Below, one piece after another: positions 8,263 through 16,604 of a stretch of 32,000 nt of DNA. The stretch spans positions 120,001-152,000 of the forward strand of contig CALSTM010000003.1 of the NCBI GenBank assembly GCA_943789275.1, written 5' to 3'. The position numbers and the translations under genes were made by a program. Numbering within the stretch: the first letter of the stretch is position 1; each line of letters begins with the position of its first letter. The DNA is from Candidatus Poseidoniaceae archaeon (GTDB taxonomy: Archaea; Thermoplasmatota; Poseidoniia; Poseidoniales; Poseidoniaceae). The notes under the pieces were generated by a model. The model searched no databases, had not been told where the DNA came from, and worked only from the letters and a program-made list of their open reading frames with translations.

Positions 8263-9726
8263 ATGGCTGACGACTTTCAATACGATGAAGAATATACAAT
8301 GGAACAACATTACGAGCAAGAAACTGGACAGGGTAGCCCAGAGGTTGACCCCGCCAGCATGGTCGTCGACATTCAAACTCCAATGGGCCCTATTACAGTG
8401 GATATGAAACAACTTGAAGATGCAAAAAAAGCCGTTGCTGCAACTCGCGTAAAGGAACCATCACTCCCTCTCGGAGACCGAATGATGAACGATTTTATCG
8501 GTGCAAAGCACAAGCGCGATTCTCGATACTGGAGGGGAAAACTTGGTGTTTTGATGAAAATGCATTTCGATAAGTACCTCGCCGAAGAGTTTGATGTCGT
8601 TGAAGAATTCATGATTGACCAAGGAAAAATAAGAGCAGCCATCCATGAAAGCATCGAATTACAAGATGGGCAGCGCCAACGATTCCTTGCCGCAGGGACC
8701 CGCTTTTACCAATCCAAAACATTGATTGGCCACCACCTTATTACCGTCTCAAGCGTTGACCACGATGGCGACCAACGACTCTCTGTTTACACCAGTACTT
8801 TGCCACTTGTCAAGGTCCATGGCAAGAGCGCAGAAGACCTCATCAGCGATGTAGAAGCCGATTTTTACCAGAAAGGTGTTTTGAAGGGGGCTTTCTTTGA
8901 TTTACAGTACAACTTCATTACTCGAGACAAGCAGATTGATGATTTAATCGCCTGGGATGAGGATGTCAAAGAAGCTCTTTGGCGAGACATCATCAGTTTC
9001 CAGAAAGCCATGCCAAAATTGAGGGCATCAGGCGTTCCCAATTCACGAGGCGTCATTCTTGCAGGGCCACCAGGCACTGGAAAGACCATGATTGCAAAGT
9101 GGCTTGCTGCCCATTCAGACATCACATGTGTACTGATTTCTGCTGAAATGATTACAGGACGAAGCGACATCAAGTCCTGTTTTGAAATGGCTCGAAAACT
9201 CTCTCCAACGCTCCTCATTATCGAGGACATTGATACTGCAGGCGCTCTTGACCGTCGTGCTTCTGACCACCCTTTGCTGGGCGAGTTCCTACAATCCATG
9301 GACGGCATTGTCCCTAACCACGGAGTCATTACTCTTGCAACCACCAACCACTCCAACAAAATTGACCCAGCCATTGCCGACCGTCCCGGTCGCTTTGACC
9401 GCATCATTGAGGTTGGTTTGCCAGGTAAAGACCAGCGCTTCCATATCTTCCACCACCTGCTCAAGAAGCTTGACCTGTCCCGCAACGTTACTCTGGAGGT
9501 CAAAGAGAAATTGGCTAAGATGACAGAAGGCTTGACCGGCGCTTGGATTCGTGCCGTGGTCCAAGACAGTTTGATTCTGGCTTTGAGCAAGGACAAGAAC
9601 AAGATTGCCAAGGAACACCTGTTTGCTGCTCTCAAGGACGTCATGGAACGTCGAGGTATGGCTTACCGAGTTGCACCTTACGCTCCTCCACAAGTCAAAG
9701 CCAAGGCAGATGTCTATGTCCAATGA
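8263..9726 (+). CDS. Classical-clade AAA ATPase (single AAA module) with unrecognised ~250-aa N-terminal domain
   Basis: Walker A GPPGTGKT (nt ~9061-9090), Walker B LLIIEDID (~9211-9234), the second region of homology NKIDPAIADRPGRFDRIIEVGLP, and a C-terminal helical lid LTGAWIRAV. Confidence 0.85.
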   Translation: MADDFQYDEEYTMEQHYEQETGQGSPEVDPASMVVDIQTPMGPITVDMKQLEDAKKAVAATRVKEPSLPLGDRMMNDFIGAKHKRDSRYWRGKLGVLMKMHFDKYLAEEFDVVEEFMIDQGKIRAAIHESIELQDGQRQRFLAAGTRFYQSKTLIGHHLITVSSVDHDGDQRLSVYTSTLPLVKVHGKSAEDLISDVEADFYQKGVLKGAFFDLQYNFITRDKQIDDLIAWDEDVKEALWRDIISFQKAMPKLRASGVPNSRGVILAGPPGTGKTMIAKWLAAHSDITCVLISAEMITGRSDIKSCFEMARKLSPTLLIIEDIDTAGALDRRASDHPLLGEFLQSMDGIVPNHGVITLATTNHSNKIDPAIADRPGRFDRIIEVGLPGKDQRFHIFHHLLKKLDLSRNVTLEVKEKLAKMTEGLTGAWIRAVVQDSLILALSKDKNKIAKEHLFAALKDVMERRGMAYRVAPYAPPQVKAKADVYVQ

Positions 9727-9768
9727 ATGAACTGATGGATTGATGATACCCGCCGCATTGGGGCATTC

Positions 9769-10614
9769 ATGGTCGAAGTGACGGTGCTCGGAGTCGCCCA
9801 AGACGGCGGCCACCCCCAGCCTGGCTGTTTGAGGCCATGCTGTGCTAATGTGGCTGAACAACACTATCCAGTTTCACTGGGCCTTCGTAGCGATGAGGGC
9901 ACCAATATCCTCATCGAAGCGACCCGTCACTTAGGCGATCAATTCACCTTGTGGGGTCAAACCGAAGTTCACCATTTGTTGTTGACCCACGCACATTTTG
10001 GCCACATCGATGGTCTTGGATTGTTCGGCCGTGAAACGCTTGCCTCACGCGGCATCAATTTACATGTCTCTGATGCGATGCATCAACTTGTCAATCAAAC
10101 ACCGCAGTGGAACCTCATGGTTCAGCAAGGCGTTTTCGATGTCTCCACCTTCGTACATGGTGGGCAACTGTTCAACGCTGAAAACCTCGTGATTGAAGCC
10201 GTCCAAATTCCACACCGAGATGAATTGTCAGACATGCATGCTTTCATTGTTCGTGGCCCAAACAAGTCCCTGTTGTTCCTACCTGACCACGATACGTGGG
10301 AGGAAACGCTCGCAGTTCACTCTGCCTCATCGATACGCGAGTGGCTTTCAAGTTTACAAATTGATATTGCCTTACTCGATGGAACATTTTGGTCCGAGGA
10401 TGAACTCGGTGGGCGAGACCAGTCGAAAGTGCCTCACCCTCCTGTCCTTCAAACGCTGAACATGCTTGGAAACCGTGAAGATGGCGACCCTGATGTGTAT
10501 TTCACCCATCTCAATCATACCAATCCGTTGTACGATGCAGAAGGTGAACAGATGAAGCAAGTGCTTTCACTTGGCTGGAAGGTCGCTCAACAAGGCCAGC
10601 GCTTCACTCTTTAA
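9769..10614 (+). CDS. PqqB-like metallo-beta-lactamase-fold protein
   Basis: The N-terminus VLGVAQDGGHPQPGCLRPCC resembles the PqqB signature (LGSAAGGGFPQWNC.C..C). An MBL His motif follows (LLLTHAHFGHIDGL). No pqqA, pqqC, pqqD or pqqE gene is present in the window. Confidence 0.65.
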   Translation: MVEVTVLGVAQDGGHPQPGCLRPCCANVAEQHYPVSLGLRSDEGTNILIEATRHLGDQFTLWGQTEVHHLLLTHAHFGHIDGLGLFGRETLASRGINLHVSDAMHQLVNQTPQWNLMVQQGVFDVSTFVHGGQLFNAENLVIEAVQIPHRDELSDMHAFIVRGPNKSLLFLPDHDTWEETLAVHSASSIREWLSSLQIDIALLDGTFWSEDELGGRDQSKVPHPPVLQTLNMLGNREDGDPDVYFTHLNHTNPLYDAEGEQMKQVLSLGWKVAQQGQRFTL

Positions 10615-10972
10615 TTTCGACGACTGTGTATTCAAGAGCAATGAGTTCGATGACATAGTCGACGTTTTCGCCGTTGTCTTCGTGGACGCAGCCATTTCCA
10701 CCGCCCGTACTAACATCGACTGAAATTTCGAACGAGTAGGCGCCAAGACCAGCACCGTTTGCGTTGAGCCCAGCCTCAATATCTGCCATGGATACACCGG
10801 TGACGTTTCCAATCAGAGATACGTCGTACCATACAATCTCCGTTTCATGCGATGTGGGGCCAGCATCTTGGTTTTGTCCGGTTGCTGAGCCGTTGTAATG
10901 CTGTGCGAGAGAACACCAGTTATCGTGTCCGCACCGGAAGTATCGTCCGTTACTGCGCAACGCGCAGTCCAC
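10604..10972 (-). pseudogene. Frame-shifted continuation of the symporter C-terminal extracytoplasmic domain, or an independent small GTG-initiated ORF
   Basis: The ORF begins at a GTG with no SD and overlaps the symporter stop by 23 nt in another frame. This frame is open from nt ~10996. Its composition (acidic, Gly/Ser/Thr/Asn-rich, 4 Cys) matches the tail of the upstream protein. Its 3' end overlaps the convergent PqqB-like gene by 11 nt. Confidence 0.4.
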
Positions 10973-12731
10973 TTCGCGTTTCGTCTTCTGAATACGTCAT
11001 TATAATCCGGGCGCCAACGATGTTCTTTGAATCGTCACTCAGTGAATCCGTTGATAGATTGAGAGCGAATGTGCCACCGTCTTCGATGTATTCGCCTCCA
11101 TTGTCAAGTTCAATAAATTCGAATTCTGCATTTACTTCGTACGAACCCGGAGTGGTTGAAATGGATTCCGAAGCCTCTGGTTCAAGTACGAGGTACGATG
11201 CTTCAACGCTCGCAGCGAGGAGGAGTATGACAACGGCTCCGATGCCCATCGGCTTTGGAGCGGGGACTGCATAACGGCCAAATGGATTGTCTGCTGAACT
11301 GTCTCGGAACGCACACAAGAGGAAGTGGGTTGCAAATGCTGCCCCCATCGCTGGAACCGATGGAAATACATCGTCGCCGTAGCCAAGAATTGTCCAAACA
11401 ATAACACCAGACAATGCGGCTATCATCATGGCGATGGTGTGTTGTGAATCGGGTTCATAACCCGTCATGCGTACCAAGAGCAGTGGGACAAATATTCCTC
11501 CAAGGCCGTAGACAGCGAGAACGACAAGTTGGAACACCGAGTCACCAAAACCGGGCAGTTGCTGCCCGACCAATGAGATGAGGGTTGCAAAGACAGCGAC
11601 TCCCAAGGTCACTCTTTTTGTCGTTTTGTGATCTTGACTCCATTCGGGCTTCACGTCATCTGTGATGGCGGCAGTACAGGCGAGAACTTGGCTGTCAGCA
11701 GTCGACATTGTCGCAGCAAAAATGGATGCGAGAATCAAACCACCAAGGAAAGGATTCAGTTGCTCCATAGCGAGTTTTGGCAATCCAGTTTCAGCCCCAT
11801 CGACCCCAAGTTCAGGTAACAGGACTCGACAGGCCAATCCGATGAGGAACATGAGTGCAATGAACGGCGTTTGCCAAACGAAGAACCAAACCATTGCTTG
11901 TTTACGATCGTTATCGTCTTTCAAGGTCATGACGCGTGAGACCACTTGGGGTTGTCCAGCAACGCCGAGGCCACCGAGGAAGAACGCAGCAATCCAAAGC
12001 GTAGCGCCGAATTTCAGTCCAGATGGGAAGATGCTTACCATGGCAGGATCGATACCTTCGAGTTGATTATGCAGGCCGGATAATCCCCCAGATTCTCCTA
12101 TCGCCACGAGGCAGAGTATCGTGGAGCCGACAATCATAACGCATGATTGGGCCGCATCGGTCCATATTGAGGCACGGATTCCGCCAGCGTAGCAGTAAGC
12201 AACAACGAGAACGAAACCGATGAGAATACCTATCGTTGGAGCCCAGTCGAGCATAACTTCGAGGGCGACTCCACCAGCAGTGAGTTGTGCTGCCGCATAA
12301 ATGGACAAGAAAACAACTGAAAGAACAGCGGCCACTTTGGCTTCAGGTGAGCCAGTGGTACTGGACACCAGTGAAGAGAGCGAGCGTATTCCACGCTGTT
12401 CACCTTCTTTTTGGATGTACTTGTACAGCCAAATCCATGCGACAAGTTGTCCTATTGTTGAGACAAGAGCAATCCAGATCGCTGAATATCCGTTGAGGAA
12501 AATAAATCCAATAAATCCGATGAACATGTAACCGGAGTTCCACGTGCTGACTGCTGAAAGTGCAGCTAAGGCTGGATGCATTCCTCTTCCAGCGACGAGG
12601 TAATCGTCTGTTGTATCTTCTTTAACCATCATCGATGCTAAACCTACGCCGGCAAAAAAGAACATGAACAGAAGGAATGAAGCCAAAAGAAGAACGCCGC
12701 TTGCCATGTTATCACTTACTCCAGTTTCCAA
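10950..12731 (-). CDS. Sodium:solute symporter (SSS/SSF) family transporter with extra C-terminal TM helix plus soluble extension
   Basis: N-terminal DYLVAGRGMHPALAALSAVSTWNSGYMFIG and about 13 TM segments are typical of the SSS family. An additional TM (MGIGAVVILLLAASV) is followed by an acidic ~85-aa tail. ATG 12707 is an alternative start that avoids overlap with dph5. Confidence 0.75.
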   Translation of the reverse strand: METGVSDNMASGVLLLASFLLFMFFFAGVGLASMMVKEDTTDDYLVAGRGMHPALAALSAVSTWNSGYMFIGFIGFIFLNGYSAIWIALVSTIGQLVAWIWLYKYIQKEGEQRGIRSLSSLVSSTTGSPEAKVAAVLSVVFLSIYAAAQLTAGGVALEVMLDWAPTIGILIGFVLVVAYCYAGGIRASIWTDAAQSCVMIVGSTILCLVAIGESGGLSGLHNQLEGIDPAMVSIFPSGLKFGATLWIAAFFLGGLGVAGQPQVVSRVMTLKDDNDRKQAMVWFFVWQTPFIALMFLIGLACRVLLPELGVDGAETGLPKLAMEQLNPFLGGLILASIFAATMSTADSQVLACTAAITDDVKPEWSQDHKTTKRVTLGVAVFATLISLVGQQLPGFGDSVFQLVVLAVYGLGGIFVPLLLVRMTGYEPDSQHTIAMMIAALSGVIVWTILGYGDDVFPSVPAMGAAFATHFLLCAFRDSSADNPFGRYAVPAPKPMGIGAVVILLLAASVEASYLVLEPEASESISTTPGSYEVNAEFEFIELDNGGEYIEDGGTFALNLSTDSLSDDSKNIVGARIIMTYSEDETRSGLRVAQ

Positions 12732-13606
12732 CGAAGAAGGGCTTTCTCTTCAACTTCACTCGTCCATGCTGGGACAAGGAGACAATTTAACCTGCCACCC
12801 TCAAGATGTTCCATTTCACCGACCGTTGTGAACACAATGTTTTGTTCGGCAGTGCCCATGTCGGAGCACAGCACCACAGGTAAATCATCCATATTTTCGT
12901 TGAGAAGAGCTTTGAACATCGCTTCTTGGACGGCAATGAGTATCGTATCCGATTCTTTTTCAAATTGATTCAAATGCTCATCGAGTTTATTCCACATCAA
13001 TTCGAACGAGTGCTTTGCATCTCGAGGTTTCATCGGTCGTTGCTCACCAGTGCCTTGGCCGGTTGGGTCAAGATCAAAGAGCACTAAGGAGTGAAGGCCA
13101 CGGGCTTTGTTGACAGCAATCATTTCCAACGGAGAAGTCGCAATCCATCCCCCGTATGGGTATGTTAACGTCGTTTGACGCCCAAATCTGTAATTCGACA
13201 AACCTACTGCACCGGTGACGATGGTCGTAATGGAGACGCCGTGAAACACACGGCATTCGATGTTGTGTTCAAGAGCTTGAAGTTGCAGGTCAACATGCGT
13301 TGTCGCTTGAAGTGGGTCGCCAACGACAAGCAAGGCAACAAGTGAGGTTTTGGCCAAAGCAAACAACTCGTCGGGTTGTTCAACTTCTGGGCGCATGACT
13401 TTCTGGATACTTCCTATGCGCTGTTCCAGTAAATCGAGTTCAGAGTCGGGCCATAGCGCAGTATAGGCTTCATATCTTCGATGCGTTGCTTGCGAAGCCG
13501 CTTGGATCGCTTCAAGCGTCATTCCAGCCACCGTGCCCGGGCCCATGCCAATTAACAACAGGCCAGTTTCAGGGAGGTTTTCCAAAACAACAGTATCTTC
13601 CGCCAT
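12716..13606 (-). CDS. dph5: Diphthine synthase (diphthamide biosynthesis methyltransferase)
   Basis: Tetrapyrrole-methylase-fold motifs in Dph5 order: LLLIGMGPG, YEAYTALW, LLVVGDPLQATTH, HGVSI, and SLVLFDL. Start placed at ATG 13606 because GGAGGT lies 8 nt upstream; the ORF-track start is 13645. Confidence 0.8.
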   Translation of the reverse strand: MAEDTVVLENLPETGLLLIGMGPGTVAGMTLEAIQAASQATHRRYEAYTALWPDSELDLLEQRIGSIQKVMRPEVEQPDELFALAKTSLVALLVVGDPLQATTHVDLQLQALEHNIECRVFHGVSITTIVTGAVGLSNYRFGRQTTLTYPYGGWIATSPLEMIAVNKARGLHSLVLFDLDPTGQGTGEQRPMKPRDAKHSFELMWNKLDEHLNQFEKESDTILIAVQEAMFKALLNENMDDLPVVLCSDMGTAEQNIVFTTVGEMEHLEGGRLNCLLVPAWTSEVEEKALLRWKLE

Positions 13607-13643
13607 ACTCAAACCTCCGACTCGCTTGGATAGAGCGAGTGCC

Positions 13644-14762
13644 ATGCGTCATTTGAGTGTGCCGAGCGCGCAAACCCAACACTGGTTGGAATTGTGCAGG
13701 GCCAATCATTGGAACAGCAACCAAGCCGGCGTCACTCGTTTGGAAGATGGACGTAGCGCTATACCACTCCTTGAATCAGCACCGCCTCAATCGGATTTGA
13801 TTTGGGACGGTAATCACCATCTTGAAATTGCAGTTCAAACCAAAGCCCCAACCCACTGGCTCGAACATTTTGATTCAGATTTGGCCGAAAAATACGAACA
13901 TGAACTTCCACGTTCTTATGAAATTCAGGGCGATGTTTTGATTGTTAAACTTGAAGAATCGGTGTTCCACTACGGTGAGATGATTGCAGATGCCATGTTG
14001 ACTCAACTTCCAAACATCCGTCTGGTTTGTGCAGATTTGGGGGTCAAAGGCGAGTACAGAGTTCGAGAGTTGGAACCACTTGCGAGCCGAGATGGAACGG
14101 TGACGACACGAACTCGAATCAAAGAAAACGGATATTTGCTTTGGGTCGATTCATCAAGCGTGTATTTCTCGTCGCGTTTATCCAACGAGCGGGTCGAAAC
14201 ACTTGCGTCTGCAAACAAACTCCGGGCCCACCTCGAACGACCACTGGTTGTCTGCGACCCGTATGCAGGGGTTGGCCCAAGCATGGGCGCATTGTTGAGT
14301 GAAGCCGACCTTGTATCCGGTTGCTTGGTTGGTGATTTGAATCCTGAAGCATTCACGTTGCTTGAATTGAACATGATTCATCTCTCCGGGCGCAGAAAAG
14401 ACAGCAATGGCAACCCGCCCCCACCACTCTTGCCGATGGAAGTGGCATGCTGCGATGCCAAGGCATGGCCATTAGAGGTGAAGAATATTGGAACAGTTGA
14501 CTTGTTGTTGGTCAACCTTCCACACCACAGCATCGAGCACATTCCGACACTGCTCCCCTTGTTGAAAACCAATCAAACCTCGGTTCTTCGAGGATGGGCA
14601 ATCGTTGACAGAGCGGCCATTTCCGAGAAAGAATTGGAGATTCAGAACTGCATTTTATCGCTTGGCGGAACGGTTGAAAAATTTGCATTCTCCGAAGTCA
14701 AAGGCTTTTCAACGACAAAGAGTTTCATGTGTTTCGAAGTGTGGATGAACCTGCCTGCCTAA
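13644..14762 (+). CDS. Trm5/Taw2 (Met-10+ like) tRNA methyltransferase family protein
   Basis: SAM motifs VCDPYAGVGPSMGAL, VGDLNPEAF and LLLVNLPHHSIEH, preceded by YEIQGDVLIVKL, which is typical of Trm5/TYW2 N-terminal domains. Start moved to the first ATG after the divergent dph5 start. I cannot separate Trm5 from Taw2. Confidence 0.7.
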   Translation: MRHLSVPSAQTQHWLELCRANHWNSNQAGVTRLEDGRSAIPLLESAPPQSDLIWDGNHHLEIAVQTKAPTHWLEHFDSDLAEKYEHELPRSYEIQGDVLIVKLEESVFHYGEMIADAMLTQLPNIRLVCADLGVKGEYRVRELEPLASRDGTVTTRTRIKENGYLLWVDSSSVYFSSRLSNERVETLASANKLRAHLERPLVVCDPYAGVGPSMGALLSEADLVSGCLVGDLNPEAFTLLELNMIHLSGRRKDSNGNPPPPLLPMEVACCDAKAWPLEVKNIGTVDLLLVNLPHHSIEHIPTLLPLLKTNQTSVLRGWAIVDRAAISEKELEIQNCILSLGGTVEKFAFSEVKGFSTTKSFMCFEVWMNLPA

Positions 14763-14800
14763 GCGTTGAGTTCATCAAGCCGAACCTTGTCCGGTGAAAC

Positions 14801-14926
14801 ATGGAGAACACCGTTACCTGTGTTTGCGGCGTAAAAATCGATGTTGCTGGAGCAACACCTCGCAAAGACGGAACTAAAGTTTGGTGCAAAGTCTGTGGAG
14901 CAGTATCCATTCATCACCGCAAGTGA
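14801..14926 (+). CDS. Unannotated 41-aa zinc-ribbon-like small protein (CxC-x19-CxxC)
   Basis: My translation is MENTVTCVCGVKIDVAGATPRKDGTKVWCKVCGAVSIHHRK*. GGTGA lies 3 nt upstream of the ATG. It sits in an otherwise unexplained 185-nt convergent gap and is below the ORF-track length cut-off. Confidence 0.4.
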   Translation: MENTVTCVCGVKIDVAGATPRKDGTKVWCKVCGAVSIHHRK

Positions 14927-14947
14927 TTTCCACTCAAAACGGCTTGA

Positions 14948-15868
14948 CTAGTTTTCAAGTCCCATTCCCGCACGCATTCGTTCAAGGTGAGCATGCGCAT
15001 GTTCAACAAAGAATCCGTGCATCAAGAAGCGGTACGATAATCCGGTTGGCCCAACTAAAATCATAGGGAATCGATTGTATGCAAGGTCAGCAAAGTTCGC
15101 TGCACCGATGATTTCATCCATTCGCAGTCCAACAGAATGGTCAAATTGGAAGGAATTGATGGCAGCCTCGTATTCTTTGGCGGTGAGCCAGAAACAGAAC
15201 GTTGTCTTGAACAGTTCATGAGCCGTTTCAAAATCAAGGAATTGCGTCCACTTCTTTTTTACTGGTGCGTAGTCCAAACGAATCGGATTCCAATTTTCCC
15301 AAGATAAATCCTTTTCAGCAATTGGCCAATTCTCGCCGTCCATTTTTCCAAGGTCTCGCATGGTCATGAGGATGCCTTGGTCGTGGTGGACGAATGTTTG
15401 AACCATAAGGTCTTGAATTTCTTTCGGATAGATGTTTACAGCGTCAACCCCTTCTTTCCCAGAATTATCAATAACAAAGTTCAGGAGATTACTTTCGGTT
15501 TGAAAGTGACGTAGAATCAAAATATTTGCTTCAGGGCGAACGAAGTGTTTCATGAAAAAACAAATCTGCCACTGCAAAAAGCGATGCGCCCTCCATTGAA
15601 TAGGGGAGAGTCGTTTGAGATAGTATGTGATGTGAAGTGTAGCGCTTAGGAGAATTTTCAGAGTTGGAAGAACGACAACGCGCAATGGATTTTGCAAATC
15701 CTTCAACCAGTATTCTTTGGCCGCCGAATCCAGTGGAAGGCTGTCATCACCGCTCAACGCATCGCTAAGAGATGCAGGCATCCGTCCGTGGTTTTTTTGG
15801 AGCGCCTTTTCGAGCCGACGCTGGGCTTTCCGCTCCTTTCGTGAAAGTGTTGTTTCAGTTGAGGTCAT
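14948..15868 (-). CDS. Hypothetical protein, 306 aa (last gene of the KAS III / di-iron cassette)
   Basis: Basic N-terminus (RKERKAQRRLEKALQK), one hydrophobic segment (VVVLPTLKILLSATLHI), and a C-terminal HGFFVEHAHAHLERM. GGAGGA lies ~9 nt upstream of the ATG. The start overlaps the upstream gene by 14 nt. No family recognised. Confidence 0.55.
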   Translation of the reverse strand: MTSTETTLSRKERKAQRRLEKALQKNHGRMPASLSDALSGDDSLPLDSAAKEYWLKDLQNPLRVVVLPTLKILLSATLHITYYLKRLSPIQWRAHRFLQWQICFFMKHFVRPEANILILRHFQTESNLLNFVIDNSGKEGVDAVNIYPKEIQDLMVQTFVHHDQGILMTMRDLGKMDGENWPIAEKDLSWENWNPIRLDYAPVKKKWTQFLDFETAHELFKTTFCFWLTAKEYEAAINSFQFDHSVGLRMDEIIGAANFADLAYNRFPMILVGPTGLSYRFLMHGFFVEHAHAHLERMRAGMGLEN

Positions 15869-16604
15869 GTTCCATTTCCTCCAATTGCAATCGATAAAGT
15901 CGAGCGACGACCTTTGCGGTTTTCACAATGCGCTTGGTGGCAATATCATTCACGCAAACGCTATCAAGTGTTGCATAGAACCTCTCCATGTGTTCGCTGT
16001 CGTTGTGTCCGTGATAGGCCATGAAACGAGTTGAATCTTCTCCCAGGCCAGTCAATTCTTGAATCCGCTCGGACCATGACGTAGCCATTTTTTCGCCCAG
16101 GCCTTCAATAATCCACATTGCTCCTAACAAATCGATAGGATTTGGTTGAGAGGATTGGTGCATGAGGAACCCGTGCAGGGCCTCAGAACCAATGTTTTTC
16201 TCCATAGCGAGGATATCTTCAAGCACGCCGCCGGATGCAACATAGTCTTTCTCAAGCATTTCGTAATCTCGATGTTCATCGACGGCATGGCTGATGATTG
16301 TTGAACGGATTTCACCGTGATTTCGGTCAAAGCTGCTCGCCGTTCTTGTGATCCATCGTGAACCTTCGATGACTTGTTGGCGAATATTACGGAGAAAGAC
16401 TTGGTGGTCTTCTGCAGTGTATGTTCCAAGGTCAATACGGCGAAGAAGAGGGACCTTGGAAAGGTCTCGTTCGAATCCAAGCCATACACGAAGCAGCTGC
16501 TGGAGGCATACCTGAGCATGCTCATTCAAGACGATACCTTCAGGGATACTCTCTTCATCGGTTCCGTTCGAACCACCTTCAATTGCAATATTTCCGTTGT
16601 TCAT
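15855..16604 (-). CDS. Heme-oxygenase-like fold, putative di-iron oxidase/oxygenase (iron-containing redox enzyme family)
   Basis: About 250 aa and predicted all-helical. Carboxylate/His candidates are spaced on successive helices (HAVDEHRDYE, WIIEGLGE, YHGHNDSEHMERF), as in the HDO / CADD / PqqC-TenA-like superfamily. The start overlaps the KAS III stop (ATGA). Confidence 0.5.
   Translation of the reverse strand: MNNGNIAIEGGSNGTDEESIPEGIVLNEHAQVCLQQLLRVWLGFERDLSKVPLLRRIDLGTYTAEDHQVFLRNIRQQVIEGSRWITRTASSFDRNHGEIRSTIISHAVDEHRDYEMLEKDYVASGGVLEDILAMEKNIGSEALHGFLMHQSSQPNPIDLLGAMWIIEGLGEKMATSWSERIQELTGLGEDSTRFMAYHGHNDSEHMERFYATLDSVCVNDIATKRIVKTAKVVARLYRLQLEEMEHDLN

Noticed and set aside
8865-9864. 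259-aa and 191-aa minus-strand ORFs opposite the AAA ATPase gene
   Set aside because: They are antisense shadows of a gene with unambiguous Walker A/B and SRH motifs, and their Ser/Arg/Trp-rich composition is atypical of real proteins.
9769-10614. Interpreting the PqqB-like gene as evidence for PQQ biosynthesis
   Set aside because: No pqqA, pqqC, pqqD or pqqE is present in the window. The heme-oxygenase-like protein at 15855..16604 does not resemble PqqC closely, lies 5 kb away and belongs to a different operon.
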